64,000 bases of DNA from an uncultured delta proteobacterium (GCA_963753975.1 CAVWEH010000001.1:64001-128000), one strand, 5' to 3'. Counted from the first letter of the stretch, positions 41,320 through 53,024 are shown. The notes: generated from the letters alone by a model not told the origin. A program made the numbers and translations.

Positions 41320-44109
41320 GTGAAAGATTCATCCAAAACAAAGCAGAAACTTATTGAAGATATATCCGCCTTAAAACAGAGGATGCAGGAACTGGAATAC
41401 TCAGAGTCAGATCGTAAGCAGGCGGAAAAGGCGCTACGTCAGAGTGAGGAGAAATATCGAAGCATTATTGAGAATATTCAGGAGGGCTATTTTGAACTTG
41501 ACCTCGCCGGTAATTATACATTTGCAAATGATGCGGAATGCAGAAATATGGGATATCCCCGCGAGGAATTGATCGGAATGAACAACCGGCAGTATCAAGA
41601 TGAAAGAACCGTTCAAGAAATGAATCAACGCTTCAGAAGGCTCTATAGAACAGGTGAACCAATTAAGGCATTATATGTTGAAATTATCAGAAAAAACGGG
41701 ACGAAAGGTTTTAATGAAGTTTCAGTATCTCTTATTAGAGATGCAGAAGGTAAACCGGTTGGATTTCGGGGCATTTCTCGAGATATCACCGAGCGCGAGC
41801 AAGCGGAGGAGGCGCTACGGGAGAGCGAGAGTAAATATCGATTTATGACTGATAACGTCGCTGATATCATCTGGACCGTAGATATGAACCTTAACTTTAC
41901 CTATATCAGCCCTTCCGTCCAAAGGTTTCGTGGTCTCACCGTAGAGGAAGCAATGTCACAAAAGATACATGAGGCGTTGACACCAGCGTCTTTGCAATAT
42001 GCTTTCAAAGTTATGGAAGAAGAAAATAAAGCATTAATGGACAACCCTGACCGTATAAGGGACAAGCTGACCATTGAATTGGAAGAATATTGCAAGGACG
42101 GGTCAACTATCTGGACAGAAAATGAATTGAAATATCTCCCCGGAGAAGATGGAAAACCAATCGGTATTATCGGTGTAACCCGCGATATCACCGAGCGCAA
42201 GCGGGCGGAGAGGGCGCTACGGGAGAGTGAAGAAAAGTATCGTCTGGTCATAGAAAATGCAAAGGAAGGTATTGTCATCGCACAAGATATGAAGTTGGTA
42301 TTTGCCAATCGTGCTGCTGTGGACATGATAGAATATTCCGAAGAGATGTCAGAACCCAAACCCTTTACAGATTTTATCCATCCCGATGATCGTAATATGG
42401 TCGTCGATCATCATATAAGAAGGCTGAAAGGTGAGGAAGTTCCCCCTGCTTATTCTTTCAGGATTCTTCGGGAAGATGGAACTGTAAAGTGGGTTGAATT
42501 TAATACGGCTGTTATTCAATGGAAGGAAAGACCCGCTACCCTGAGTTTTCTGAATGACATCACTGCCCGCAAGCAGGCCGAGGAAGCGCTGCGGAAGAGC
42601 GAAGAATTCTTTAAAGAGATTACAGAAAACTCTTCAGACGTCATTATCATTGCGGATAAGAACGGAGACATAAAATATTGCAGTCGTTCTATCGAGCGTT
42701 TTTCCGGATACAAGCCGGAGGAACTAATCGGTAAAAGTGGGTTCACGTTTATTCATCCGGATGACCTTGAACGTGCCGTCGATGATTTCGGCAAGGCTAT
42801 TCTGACAACAGATTCCGCGATCCCCAATGAATTCCGCCTGGTGCGTAAAGATGGTTCGACCCGTTATTTTGATGGAATGGGGAAAAATCTATTAGATAAT
42901 CCAGCTGTTGCAGGTTTTATCATGAATATCCGTGATATCACTGACCGCAGGCGGGCAGAGGAGGAAAAGCGAAGGCTGGAGGAGCGCCTGCAACGTGCTC
43001 ATAAAATGGAAGCCATCGGTACATTGGCTGGCGGCATTGCCCACGACTTCAACAATCTGCTCATGGGGATTCAGGGATATACTTCCCTGACATTATTAAC
43101 TCTTGATCCAGATGATCCGAATCGCGAAAGACTCAAACGAATCCAGGAGCAGGTACAAAGTGGGGCGGAATTAACCAGGCAACTGTTGGGTTTTGCCCGC
43201 GGGGGAAGATATGAGGTCAAGCCCGCCGATATTAACGATGTCATCCAAAAGACCTCCTCCATGTTCGGGAGAACCAAAAAGGAAATCACCATTCATACGA
43301 AATACGAAACGAATCTATGCCCGGTGGAAGTTGACCTGGGGCAAATGGAGCAGGTGTTCATGAATTTGTATGTGAATGCCTGGCAGGCAATGCCTGGAGG
43401 CGGGAATATCTATCTGGAGACGGAGAATGTTTTTTTGAATAATGAAAAAGCGCTTCTTTACTCCGTGAAGCCGGGGAAATATGTAAAAATAACAGTTACT
43501 GATACAGGCACAGGAATGGACGAGAAGACAAGGGAGCGTATTTTCGATCCCTTTTTCACGACGAAAGCAATGGGAAGAGGTACCGGCTTGGGGCTGGCAA
43601 CGGTCTATGGAATCATCAATGGTCATAAGGGGATGATCAATGTATACAGCGAGATAGGCCATGGAACAACATTCACCATCTATTTGCCGGCTTCGGAGAA
43701 GGAAGTGGTAAAGGAAGAGACGACAGCCGGAACAATAGACAGGGGCACGGAGACGATCCTGCTGGTGGATGATGAAGAAATAGTTCTGGAAGTGAGCAGG
43801 GAACTGCTGGAGTCCCTGGGATATCTGGTCTATGCTGTCGGAAGCGGTCAGGAAGCAATAGCCCTCTTCATGGGAAAAAGAAACGAAATTGACTTGGTCA
43901 TTCTGGACATGATCATGCCGGGAATATCGGGCGGAGAGACTTTCGATCGTCTCCGGGAGATCAATCCCGAGATCAAGGTTCTCCTTTCCAGCGGCTACAG
44001 CCTTAACGGAGAAGCGCAAACAATCCTGGATCGCGGCTGCAAAGGATTTATTCAGAAACCATTTCAAATTGAAAAACTCTCCCAGAAGGTCAGAGAGATG
44101 TTAGATTGA
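41320..44109 (+). CDS. Multi-PAS hybrid sensor histidine kinase/response regulator
   Basis: Four PAS/PAC repeats, [10 protein letters not shown]-box, [15 protein letters not shown]-terminal REC. Confidence 0.97.
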   Translation: MKDSSKTKQKLIEDISALKQRMQELEYSESDRKQAEKALRQSEEKYRSIIENIQEGYFELDLAGNYTFANDAECRNMGYPREELIGMNNRQYQDERTVQEMNQRFRRLYRTGEPIKALYVEIIRKNGTKGFNEVSVSLIRDAEGKPVGFRGISRDITEREQAEEALRESESKYRFMTDNVADIIWTVDMNLNFTYISPSVQRFRGLTVEEAMSQKIHEALTPASLQYAFKVMEEENKALMDNPDRIRDKLTIELEEYCKDGSTIWTENELKYLPGEDGKPIGIIGVTRDITERKRAERALRESEEKYRLVIENAKEGIVIAQDMKLVFANRAAVDMIEYSEEMSEPKPFTDFIHPDDRNMVVDHHIRRLKGEEVPPAYSFRILREDGTVKWVEFNTAVIQWKERPATLSFLNDITARKQAEEALRKSEEFFKEITENSSDVIIIADKNGDIKYCSRSIERFSGYKPEELIGKSGFTFIHPDDLERAVDDFGKAILTTDSAIPNEFRLVRKDGSTRYFDGMGKNLLDNPAVAGFIMNIRDITDRRRAEEEKRRLEERLQRAHKMEAIGTLAGGIAHDFNNLLMGIQGYTSLTLLTLDPDDPNRERLKRIQEQVQSGAELTRQLLGFARGGRYEVKPADINDVIQKTSSMFGRTKKEITIHTKYETNLCPVEVDLGQMEQVFMNLYVNAWQAMPGGGNIYLETENVFLNNEKALLYSVKPGKYVKITVTDTGTGMDEKTRERIFDPFFTTKAMGRGTGLGLATVYGIINGHKGMINVYSEIGHGTTFTIYLPASEKEVVKEETTAGTIDRGTETILLVDDEEIVLEVSRELLESLGYLVYAVGSGQEAIALFMGKRNEIDLVILDMIMPGISGGETFDRLREINPEIKVLLSSGYSLNGEAQTILDRGCKGFIQKPFQIEKLSQKVREMLD

Positions 44110-44422
44110 AACAACGCTTTCCGTTGGTAATCTTCAATCTTGCGGACTCAAACAGGTTGGGGCTTTGCCGGTGTTGTGGACTAATGTTTCTTTTAAAAAT
44201 ACCGGTCTACGTAGGTTTTCCTATAATCTACAAATTACCGGCTATTTGCTTTTTGACTTTTTCTGATATTTATAGTCTAATATCCTATAATTAAAAGGAT
44301 GATTTCATCATTGATTACATTTTATTTTTTAGGATATTAGAAGTCATCTTGCTGAACAGAACTAAAGTACGCTAAATCGGTAAAGAAGCTATAAAAGAGT
44401 TTCGCAGTTTGTTGGTGCATAA

Positions 44423-45886
44423 ATGATAGATATCAAATCGAAATCGTTATTACGTAAATTTTCCATTATATTTGTCGGAGTTGCTTTAATCCCCTTCATT
44501 ATTCTTTTTTTTCTTCATTCACTCTATGATGAAAGTCACAGATTTATTCAAATATTGGATGCTCATTTCAGTTTGATAATAGGTATTATCGGAATAATCT
44601 CCATACTCGGTTTTTTTGGCATGCGCATGATGGTCAAAAAAATTATTTTATTAACAGAGACTGTAAGAGAAGCGGTAATAGATAAAAAAACAATGTTGGA
44701 ATTGGCGGAAGACGAAGGCGAGATAGGCGAATTAGCCAAATCATTTTTTTATGCTTTGAAGAGCGTTGACCAAAGAGAGCAACAACCTAAAGAAACAAAA
44801 AAAATAATATATGATGTTCTGAAGAAGGCGAGTGAGGTTCTTGCCGTAGTAAATAATTATGATAATTTAATTAACCTGGTATTGGAAACAACCACTGTTG
44901 CCTTAGGCGCAAAACAGGGTGCGTTGTTTTCTGCCTTGGAAACAACCGCTGACGCATCAGGTGCACAGCAGGGTGCATTGTTCCCTGCCGAGGACAACCG
45001 CTATACATTAAAAGCATGGGTAGGCAATCATAATGTCACGCCGGAACATGTTATGGAAACTGCACAATCCTATCTTGATCAGGTGGCAAGCCATAAGAGG
45101 CCCTTTTTAATAACTGCAAAAGAAAAAAACAAGCAATCGGATAAATTACTTATCCCGCCTTTAGTGTTTTCACCTTTAATTTATAGTGAAAAATTATTGG
45201 GAGTGCTTTGTTTTTGTGGAAATGGTTATTGGAATAAATTTTCTAATGACCATATGGTCGTTGTGTTGAATTTGAGTCATCAACTTGCTGTTTCTCTGGA
45301 AAATGCAAAAATAAATAAAGATTCAGATCAAACTTACTTCGAAACGCTGGCAGCTCTGGCTCTGGCGACGGAGGCAAGAGATCCTTATTCCCGGGGGCAT
45401 TCCGGTCGTGTCGGCAAGACTGCGCAAAAAATCGGGGAATTAATGGGTTTGCCGGCGGAAGATATTAAAGCTCTGCGGGATGCTTCTATGTTACATGATA
45501 TCGGCAAGATAGCAATTATGCACGATATATTTATCAAGCAAGGTAAGGTCAGTGAAGAAGAGAAATATGTCATGAGAAATCATCCCGTCATTGGCGAGAG
45601 TATTGTATCGCACCTGCAGACATATAAGCATATTTTGGATCCTATCAGGCATCATCATGAACAACTCGACGGAAGTGGATATCCCGACGGCCTTAAAAAC
45701 GGGGAGATATCAACGATCACGAGTATTCTGACCATTGCCGATCTATTCGATATTTTTATGGAGAATCGCTCCTATAGATCAGGAATGAATCTTGAAGATG
45801 CGATGAAAGAACTCGATAATCTCGTTATAGCCGGAAAAATAGATAAAGATGTAGTGGATAGTCTTTATCATATCTATTATTCATAA
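44423..45886 (+). CDS. Membrane-anchored HAMP/GAF/HD-GYP phosphodiesterase
   Basis: Two TMs, GEIGEL, ARDPYSRGHS, LHDIGK, HHEQLDGSGYPDGL. Confidence 0.92.
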   Translation: MIDIKSKSLLRKFSIIFVGVALIPFIILFFLHSLYDESHRFIQILDAHFSLIIGIIGIISILGFFGMRMMVKKIILLTETVREAVIDKKTMLELAEDEGEIGELAKSFFYALKSVDQREQQPKETKKIIYDVLKKASEVLAVVNNYDNLINLVLETTTVALGAKQGALFSALETTADASGAQQGALFPAEDNRYTLKAWVGNHNVTPEHVMETAQSYLDQVASHKRPFLITAKEKNKQSDKLLIPPLVFSPLIYSEKLLGVLCFCGNGYWNKFSNDHMVVVLNLSHQLAVSLENAKINKDSDQTYFETLAALALATEARDPYSRGHSGRVGKTAQKIGELMGLPAEDIKALRDASMLHDIGKIAIMHDIFIKQGKVSEEEKYVMRNHPVIGESIVSHLQTYKHILDPIRHHHEQLDGSGYPDGLKNGEISTITSILTIADLFDIFMENRSYRSGMNLEDAMKELDNLVIAGKIDKDVVDSLYHIYYS

Positions 45887-46107
45887 GGAAAGCGGGGAAC
45901 AAATATCGGGGACTTTTCTTAATGCTTACAATCTTCCAACACTTTTAATTATCCTACACCGTTTATTTGCAGGCGATGCAGCAAGCACTTCTTCCTGCAA
46001 TCCATAAATCGTCAACCTCGACGAAAATGCAGGGCTTCAAACGATAATCATTAGTAATTACGGAAAGCAATCACGCGGGAAAAACATCACGGCCTCCTGA
46101 CCTTTCT

Positions 46108-46578
46108 GTGGGTCTGTTATTTTCCGGTGCGATCCTTTTCATCATCTTTCTTGCACTTTTGTCCGACAAACTTCTGAGCTTACACGCCTGGCCGCCAACA
46201 CCTACAAACCTTGTTCTGTCCATACCCCTGCTTGCGGCCGGAATCTGGCTTTGGCTACGGTCTGTATTGACATTTTTCACATCCAGAGGTACACCAGTGC
46301 CCCTGAGCCCGCCCCCAAAGCTTGTCGACACCGGACCTTATGCCTACTCGAGAAACCCCATGCTCTCTGGGCTCTTTCTTATGCTCTTCGGCATCGGCTT
46401 TCTGTCTCAGTCGGTCTCGCTGGTCATCATATATACGCCACTATTTATAATGATTGCCTTTCTTGAATTCAAGATGATCGAAGAGCCGGAACTGGAAAAA
46501 CGTATTGGCGCATCATATGTAGAATACGGGAAAAAGGTCTCCATGTTCTTCCCGTATCCGGGTCACGGCAAACACTGA
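46108..46578 (+). CDS. Isoprenylcysteine carboxyl methyltransferase/PEMT family protein (start uncertain)
   Basis: GTPVP..PPKLV..GPYAYSRNPM, EEPEL..R. Confidence 0.8.
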   Translation: MGLLFSGAILFIIFLALLSDKLLSLHAWPPTPTNLVLSIPLLAAGIWLWLRSVLTFFTSRGTPVPLSPPPKLVDTGPYAYSRNPMLSGLFLMLFGIGFLSQSVSLVIIYTPLFIMIAFLEFKMIEEPELEKRIGASYVEYGKKVSMFFPYPGHGKH

Positions 46579-46674
46579 TTTTCTTTAAAGGACTCTAACT
46601 CCCTTTAAGGAAAGAAAATTTTAACCAAAAAATACTGAAAGAGAATATACTTATTCTAACGGAGGACCAAAACA

Positions 46675-46914
46675 ATGAAAAACAAAAAAGGTATCTCGAA
46701 GTTAGTTTTGTTTGTGATAATCGTAATAATCATAGTTGCTGCGATTTACTGGGCCAAGTATTTTGCCAAACCAATGGCCACAGTTATGATGGGCGGTGCA
46801 GAGCAAGCCCAGCCGGCTATTGAAAAAGCCAAACAGTCCAGGGATGCGATGAACAGAGTCACTCAAGCCACCGAAGAAACGGCGAGAAAAGCAAGCGAAG
46901 ATGCGGAGAAGTAG
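46675..46914 (+). CDS. Small membrane-anchored protein with prepilin-like N-terminus
   Basis: GGAGG RBS; MKNKKG-ISK then a hydrophobic helix. Confidence 0.65.
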   Translation: MKNKKGISKLVLFVIIVIIIVAAIYWAKYFAKPMATVMMGGAEQAQPAIEKAKQSRDAMNRVTQATEETARKASEDAEK

Positions 46915-47167
46915 CGGGACGGTATTAATTTTTCAAGGTAATGATAAATATGGCCTAGCCTTTTATAGTAAAAATTGTTTCGATATTTTTAAGAAAAAGC
47001 GCATAATCTTAGAAATATTCTTTCTAGCATTTAGAAACTCGGCCATGCTCAAATTTGTTAAGCAGCTGGGCTTTGTAGAAACTAATATCCCTGACGATCC
47101 GTCAATTCTGCTGGTTACAAAAAACATCTGATGGATTAGCAGGATTAACTTTAATCGGAGGAAATGC

Positions 47168-47356
47168 ATGAAAGAGAAATGTATGGGAAATTGGCCGGGA
47201 ATGGGGCTGATCTTGGCGGGTGCGATTGTTTTTTTGGTGGGGGTGACCATCATATTATTTAAAGAGTTTAATATTCCGCGTTACTGGATACCGGCAGTCA
47301 TTGGAGTAGTGCTCATAGTGGCCGGAGTCATTGTATACAGAATAAAGCGCGTGTGA
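47168..47356 (+). CDS. Small two-TM hypothetical protein
   Basis: GGAGG RBS, two hydrophobic helices. Confidence 0.6.
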   Translation: MKEKCMGNWPGMGLILAGAIVFLVGVTIILFKEFNIPRYWIPAVIGVVLIVAGVIVYRIKRV

Positions 47357-47385
47357 TCAGCAGGAATCTTGTGGTGCTGATGGGG

Positions 47386-47493
47386 ATGGTTATCATAAAG
47401 GACACGGGGCATGCCCCGATGATGGAGAAGCCTGAAGAAACAGCGAAGGCCTATCTAAGTTTCCTGCAAGAAGAAAAAATGAATATTTTTTAG
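47386..47493 (+). pseudogene. Alpha/beta hydrolase C-terminal remnant
   Basis: MVIIKDTGHAPMMEKPEETAKAYLSFL carries the GHxPxxExP catalytic-His motif; rest of gene absent. Confidence 0.6.
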
Positions 47494-47778
47494 GTGATTG
47501 CAAATTATGAGACTTGGTTAAAGGCAAGGGCATCTCGTAAATAAATTATTGAAATATAAAGAAATATGCCTTGACTTTGCATAAAGAGCAGAGTATGTTC
47601 CCTGCATATCTTGTACCTTGCTATGGTCTTAAGTCAGTGCGGTACAGTTAAAGTTGAGTTATGACAATTTGAAGTGCAAAGGCGGCCACCGTGCTCTTTA
47701 GAGTCTCGGTGGCTTTTTTATTTCTGTCATATTGGTAATTCGACTTTTGGTAAATTTTAAGAAAGGAGGATACTAATT

Positions 47779-47979
47779 ATGTCAGAAGGTAAAGTAAAAT
47801 GGTTTAACGAGAGTAAAGGTTTTGGATTTATCGAGAAGAGTGACGGTGGGGACATTTTCGTCCATTTCAGCGCCATTCAAGCCAGTGGATTCAAGACCTT
47901 AACCGAAGGCCAGGCTGTAAGTTTCGATATTGTTCAGGGCAATAAAGGTCCTGCAGCAGAAAACGTGAAACCCTGCTAA
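47779..47979 (+). CDS. csp: Cold-shock protein
   Basis: [32 protein letters not shown]. Confidence 0.97.
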   Translation: MSEGKVKWFNESKGFGFIEKSDGGDIFVHFSAIQASGFKTLTEGQAVSFDIVQGNKGPAAENVKPC

Positions 47980-48094
47980 TTAAACCTGGGTAAAAGAAGA
48001 GGCGCTCCATCAACGATATTGTATTGTGGAGCGCCTCTCCATTTTCAGCATATTCTGTAACGTTTGAAAGAAAGACAAAAAGAGGAGTTTAAAA

Positions 48095-48274
48095 ATGGCA
48101 AAGTCCATGTACAACTTTGGCAAACAGGCCAAAGAAAAAGCAAGGCAGCAGAAACAAATGGATAAGACTGCAAAGCGCATGCTGGCGAAACAGCGGAAAG
48201 CTGATATAAAAACGCACACTCCGAACGCAGGCTCAGATATAGCTGAACCGCGAACCAGTGGAGGAGATCGTTAA
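48095..48274 (+). CDS. Small basic protein, 59 aa (absent from ORF track)
   Basis: GAGGAG RBS; MAKSMYNFGKQAKEKARQQKQMDK... Confidence 0.65.
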   Translation: MAKSMYNFGKQAKEKARQQKQMDKTAKRMLAKQRKADIKTHTPNAGSDIAEPRTSGGDR

Positions 48275-48330
48275 AGACACAGCATAACTTTTGTTTGTTT
48301 TCAGGATTGTAAACCTGAAGGTGAGTAGAA

Positions 48331-48738
48331 ATGACTGAAGATATTTTAGACTACTGGACCAGACTTATAAAGACAATTTTCCCGGAGAACGCCTGGATAA
48401 CTTCTCGTTTTTTCAAAAATGATTGTTTAATAAATATCGATTGGAATGTAAAAAATGATCCGAAGAACCCAAACAAGCGTTCCAAAAGGATTGAGATAAT
48501 AATAAAAAGCGATGCACTGGAAAATTATCTCGACAAGAACAAGAAAGATCGCGAATTATCCGACATCGTGCTGAAAGAATTTATTCACGAACAGTATAAC
48601 CATTTTAGTTCCAATTATGATATTAGCACCAGCCAATATGTTCCGAAGGAAAAGTGGTTAATCTCCCGGGATGTACTTAATTGCAAGCCTTCATTTGACA
48701 CACCCCCTATAGATCAAGTCAAATCAATTTATCAATAA
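48331..48738 (+). CDS. Hypothetical protein
   Basis: 135-aa ORF with GGTGAG RBS. Confidence 0.65.
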   Translation: MTEDILDYWTRLIKTIFPENAWITSRFFKNDCLINIDWNVKNDPKNPNKRSKRIEIIIKSDALENYLDKNKKDRELSDIVLKEFIHEQYNHFSSNYDISTSQYVPKEKWLISRDVLNCKPSFDTPPIDQVKSIYQ

Positions 48739-48954
48739 CAATGGTGATGATGAAGAGCGCGGACTTCTGCTCGAATTCATTGAAATCTGCCCTTAATAAA
48801 TTCATCCGATGTCGTTGACATCTCCCCAATTCAGGCATATATAAACATGAAAAGTATCAAATTCATTGTTTCGGGCTTGGATAATGTTTAGGCGGAGTGT
48901 TATCAAAGCTTTCCGACAAATACTCTTAACTCGTTCGCAGAAAGGAGTCTTACA

Positions 48955-49110
48955 ATGAACCTACCTAAGAATCTCGGCATACTCTTGTTGGGTATCTGGC
49001 TTATCATCTATGGGCTGATGCAACTGCTGAGTCTCAGTTTTTACGGACTCGGTGTACTCATGGCCATCTTCGCAATCGTTATAGGTATTTTGCTCATAAT
49101 GAAGCGATAG
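48955..49110 (+). CDS. Small two-TM protein, 51 aa (absent from ORF track)
   Basis: AAAGGAG RBS; MNLPKNLGILLLGIWLIIYGLMQLLSLSFYGLGVLMAIFAIVIGILLIMKR. Confidence 0.75.
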   Translation: MNLPKNLGILLLGIWLIIYGLMQLLSLSFYGLGVLMAIFAIVIGILLIMKR

Positions 49111-49286
49111 GCCGGAAGGATATCGGCGTCCTTTGAAATATAGGGGAATAGGACGGTCGTCCCGTTTATTTCTTCTGTGCAGAAGCTTAAAAACCACACG
49201 TTGCATGTTGCAACGGCAAAAGCCCAGTCCCAAGAAAAAGACAAAAAAGGTGAATTAAGTGTTATGTCCCCCGAATTCACGTTGAC

Positions 49287-50099
49287 CTAATAATTAGTAA
49301 TAACTAATTCATTTACTTTATGCCTGAAAGACTTACATGTGATCCATCTAGTTACCGGCAATATCGATATGTTCCAACCTTTATACAGATTATGTATTAG
49401 AGGGATATCCGCATTAGAAATCATAACTCGACAACCCAGTCGGCTCATTTGATTAGCTATTGCAGATACATTTATTTGATCTTCTTTGCCAAATCTTTCT
49501 TTAGTATAATGAGTAAAAAAGGAAGTTCCATTAAGGGGAGGGTATGGGGGGTCTAGATATACAAAATCTCCTTTCTTCACCTTTATTAATATCTTTTCAT
49601 AAGAGCATGCATTGAGCTTTGCCCTTTTAAGCAATGCGCTGACTGATCTCAGTGTTTCAAGAGATGGGAAAGTTGGTTTTTCTTTCTTCCCGAAAGGAAC
49701 ATTATAGAAGCCACTGCTATTTACACGGAATATGCCATTATACGATGTCTTATTGAGATATATAAAACGAGCTGCTTGTTTAATTGATTTCTGTGATTTA
49801 TTGTAATCTTCTCTGACTTTATAATACTCTACTGAATTAGTGTGCTCGATCAATCTTTTGAGGTAGAATGCCACTTTATCTGGATAGTCGCGTACCATTT
49901 GATAGCACTCTACAAGGTGACTATTGGAATCAGACAAAATAGCTTTACTTGGTGATAGAGCAAAAAAAATGGATCCCCCACCTAAAAACGGTTCCCAATA
50001 AGTATATTCCTTCAAGTCTTTGGGTAGATATGTAATAAGACGTTTGGCATGATGGACTTTTCCTCCAGCCCAGCTCAGAAAAGCTTGCAATTCTGTCAC
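49287..50099 (-). CDS. Dam-family (D12 class) DNA adenine methyltransferase
   Basis: WAGGK, EPFLGGGS, YLNKTSYNG, YLDPPY, MISN, ELVITNY. Confidence 0.95.
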   Translation of the reverse strand: MTELQAFLSWAGGKVHHAKRLITYLPKDLKEYTYWEPFLGGGSIFFALSPSKAILSDSNSHLVECYQMVRDYPDKVAFYLKRLIEHTNSVEYYKVREDYNKSQKSIKQAARFIYLNKTSYNGIFRVNSSGFYNVPFGKKEKPTFPSLETLRSVSALLKRAKLNACSYEKILIKVKKGDFVYLDPPYPPLNGTSFFTHYTKERFGKEDQINVSAIANQMSRLGCRVMISNADIPLIHNLYKGWNISILPVTRWITCKSFRHKVNELVITNY

Positions 50100-50140
50100 C
50101 TTAATAATTTAACATTTAATATTTTTTATATATTTTACGA

Positions 50141-52553
50141 TCATTCTTCATCCTGAATTCCAAGAGCTTTATTTCTCCTTTGGTAAAATTCGTATTTGAT
50201 GAACTTCATAAACTCATAATCCTGTTCATCGTATGCACGAGTAGGACTTGGATGAGCAGGTATTTTCCTTATTTCATTAAACGTCTTCATCCAATCCAGA
50301 TAGTATGTTTTACCCTTTTCACCAGATAACGGTATGTTAAATACATTTTCAAAGAGGGGCCAATTATTCTTTTGTCTGATAATGTGCATTAAATCTAATA
50401 TGTCAAGATAAGCCTCTTTGGGGAGTTTTTTGTCTGCAGTAGCAGCGAGTTGTCGTTTGTATGCTTCTTCCTTTGTTGGCACACTTTCAATCCCTTTTTC
50501 CCAATAAGCTTTTTCTCCAGACTTCTCTTCCGTAATTCCATAATGTTTTTTTAAGACATCAATCACATATACCAATATATCTTGAGATAACTTGATAACA
50601 TCTTTATGAGTTTGGCTGATGCGTTCATCAGATCTCTGTACAAGTCTCTGCTTAAATTCCTCCGATCCAAAATCATTGAAGTCTTTATTAATTATCTCGC
50701 ATAGGTTGTCGGTATATTCTTTGACACCACCTTCTCCAAATTTTCGTCCAAATTTTTCATAAATATCTGCATCTGATGCAGTCTTTATAAAACTCAATAC
50801 TGATTTAGCAATTTTCTCTATATGGTTAATCAATATTTCTTCGTTAGTTGTAGGGGGATCGATGACTTGTTTAAGCTCCAAGTATCTAATAATTTCTGTG
50901 AGCAACATAAGGTGGGCTCTGATTCCAGGATTTGTAGATATATAGCCACTTCGAGCTGCTTCCCAACGATTTGGATTCGAATCTCTAATTTTTAGGAAGT
51001 ACGAATTTAAAACGCTACGGGCGCGCATAATTGTTTTTTCATCTGTTTCAGCGCTTAAAGCGCCCGTTGCGAAATTTTTATGGATTCTGACGCCCTAAAA
51101 GACCAGATCTTGTTAATCCATTTACTATTTCAGGAATAGTCAAACTCTGGTTCTCCTTAGCAACAACACCCTGAATGGCAAAACGTTGGAAGAGTGGACT
51201 TGTGGGGTCACTGTTCAGAGATTTTACTAAGCGAGATGATAATGCCGCTAATCGTTCTTTTGGATCGGCTGAACCCCATTTGAGGTCAGATTGTAATGAT
51301 ACTATAACGCTTCTCTGTACCGTTTTTTGCTTCTGATTAATTGTAATAAACAAATCTGCTTCTGTTTTTATGCCCATCTCTTCAAATGCTATTATAGCTA
51401 TACTCTGGTTCCAGAATTTATCTTCCTCAAGGTGAGAATAACCATAAAGCCTATGCTGACCATCTATAATCCATGCTGACTTATATTTGTTTGGGAGATA
51501 AAGCCAACCAAACTTTATTTTAGGGTCAGTGTTCTCTTTATTTGGTAGTAAATCAAATCGACATTTTTCTGTAAAATTGAGGAGCAAGTTTGTTGGAAAA
51601 TAACCACCTTTTTCAATAAATTTACCAATATCCTTTATTCGATTTGGTGATATCATTCTTTGGTATGCTGGCCGGCCATCGGGGTGATTTAATGCTTGAT
51701 GGTTAATGAATGCTATTTTTAGTAGAACTCGGGGTGTAGTAATAAAGCTATAAAATTTATGCCCTCCCAAACTACCTCGTTTTGCCGCCACTTTTTCATT
51801 TGAGAGACCCGGAATTACTTGACCTTGAAGAAATTCTGAAAGGAATTGGAAACGTCCAGCGGGTCCCATATGTCGAATAAACGAATCAAAGTATTGGAAC
51901 TCATTTTCAGTCACGATCCTGACATTTATTGCAGAAGCCCTTTCAATATCGGGATCAGACCAGATAATATTATTTGTAACATAGAGCCATATAATTTTAG
52001 GCTTGAAATCATGTCCATAATGTTTACAAATTGAATCAGCCAAGTATTTTTGAAGTGATTCAGTTTCGTGCAAATCTTTTTGTAAAGATCTCCTGCCTCG
52101 CACCTCCTTTGATTTGCATTCGGCTACAATAACTGTTTCATCATCCTTTGCAAATACGTCTATTTTTTTTTCACCAAGAGTCCCATCACGTCTTTTAAAA
52201 CGTATTGTAAAGTTATTTCCACCAAGATGGGGATATCCCATTCTATAAAATAAACACCATACTTGATCTTCAAGAAGAGTATTATGTAATTTTAATCGTT
52301 TAAGACGAACTTTTTTGTTACCGCCTTTATGTACTTCCCACCCATCATCTTCGTATTGTTGTTGATCTGCAGGATGAATGATTTTATATACATAACTATC
52401 ACGGCGCTTGGTATAAGCTGACTTTAACTGAGCTTTATCTTTGATTAAAGGACATAAATTATCTTGAATAGGTCTTCTATCTGGATAATTTGAGAATGAT
52501 TGCGCAGCGAGAACCTTGGCTTTGTCCTTTGGTTTGCTACTTGCTGATGACAT
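50141..52553 (-). CDS. DGQHR (DndB-like) protein with N-terminal PD-(D/E)XK-like and C-terminal Swt1/HEPN-like domains; +1 frameshift near 51089
   Basis: IDVFAKDDETVIVAECK, YQRM, IIDGQHRL in 51078-52553; frame shifts to RIHKNFATGALSAETDEKTIMRAR and ends with EIRKIPAH (Rx4H). Confidence 0.85.
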
Positions 52554-53024
52554 AAGAACCTCCTTTTCTCAAATATCTTAGGATTAGGAAGGAGCATTTA
52601 AAAAAATTTTTTATATTGTCATCTTCATATACGCTTAGTCTACTGACTTTCTTGAATATGGTTTCTTTTGCGCCATCATTTATGTTCTTCATTGTAGGTA
52701 AATCCAACGTTCGGGATATATCAAACGCGTGCTTTTGCCAGATTATCAAAGAACGTGTTCCAGATCAGGTCTTGAAATAGAAGCTTTCCTGCTTGCAGTA
52801 GGCATTAAACTATCCAATTAATTGCGGATAATATTACAACTTCCAAAGAACAATGCAACTGTTATTAACAGTATCGTCACAGATGAAGGTGGCGCGTGGC
52901 AAAACGCTGGGCAGTGCCAGTTATTTCTTATTGCCCATTCATTTTAGTGATTTCCGTTTTTGTCTCCTCATTCAGAAATTTACATAATTGGTGTCTAGCG
53001 ATGTTCGGTGGCATTAATTTCCGG

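Noticed and set aside
41430..42970. Recurring gatatcaccgagcgc..gcggag..gcgctacgg sequences
   Set aside because: Explained by repeated PAC-linker coding ([17 protein letters not shown])
43315..44067. 250-aa antisense ORF and similar shadow ORFs over atpA, the P-ATPase and cysK
   Set aside because: Antisense to well-supported genes with no recognisable motifs
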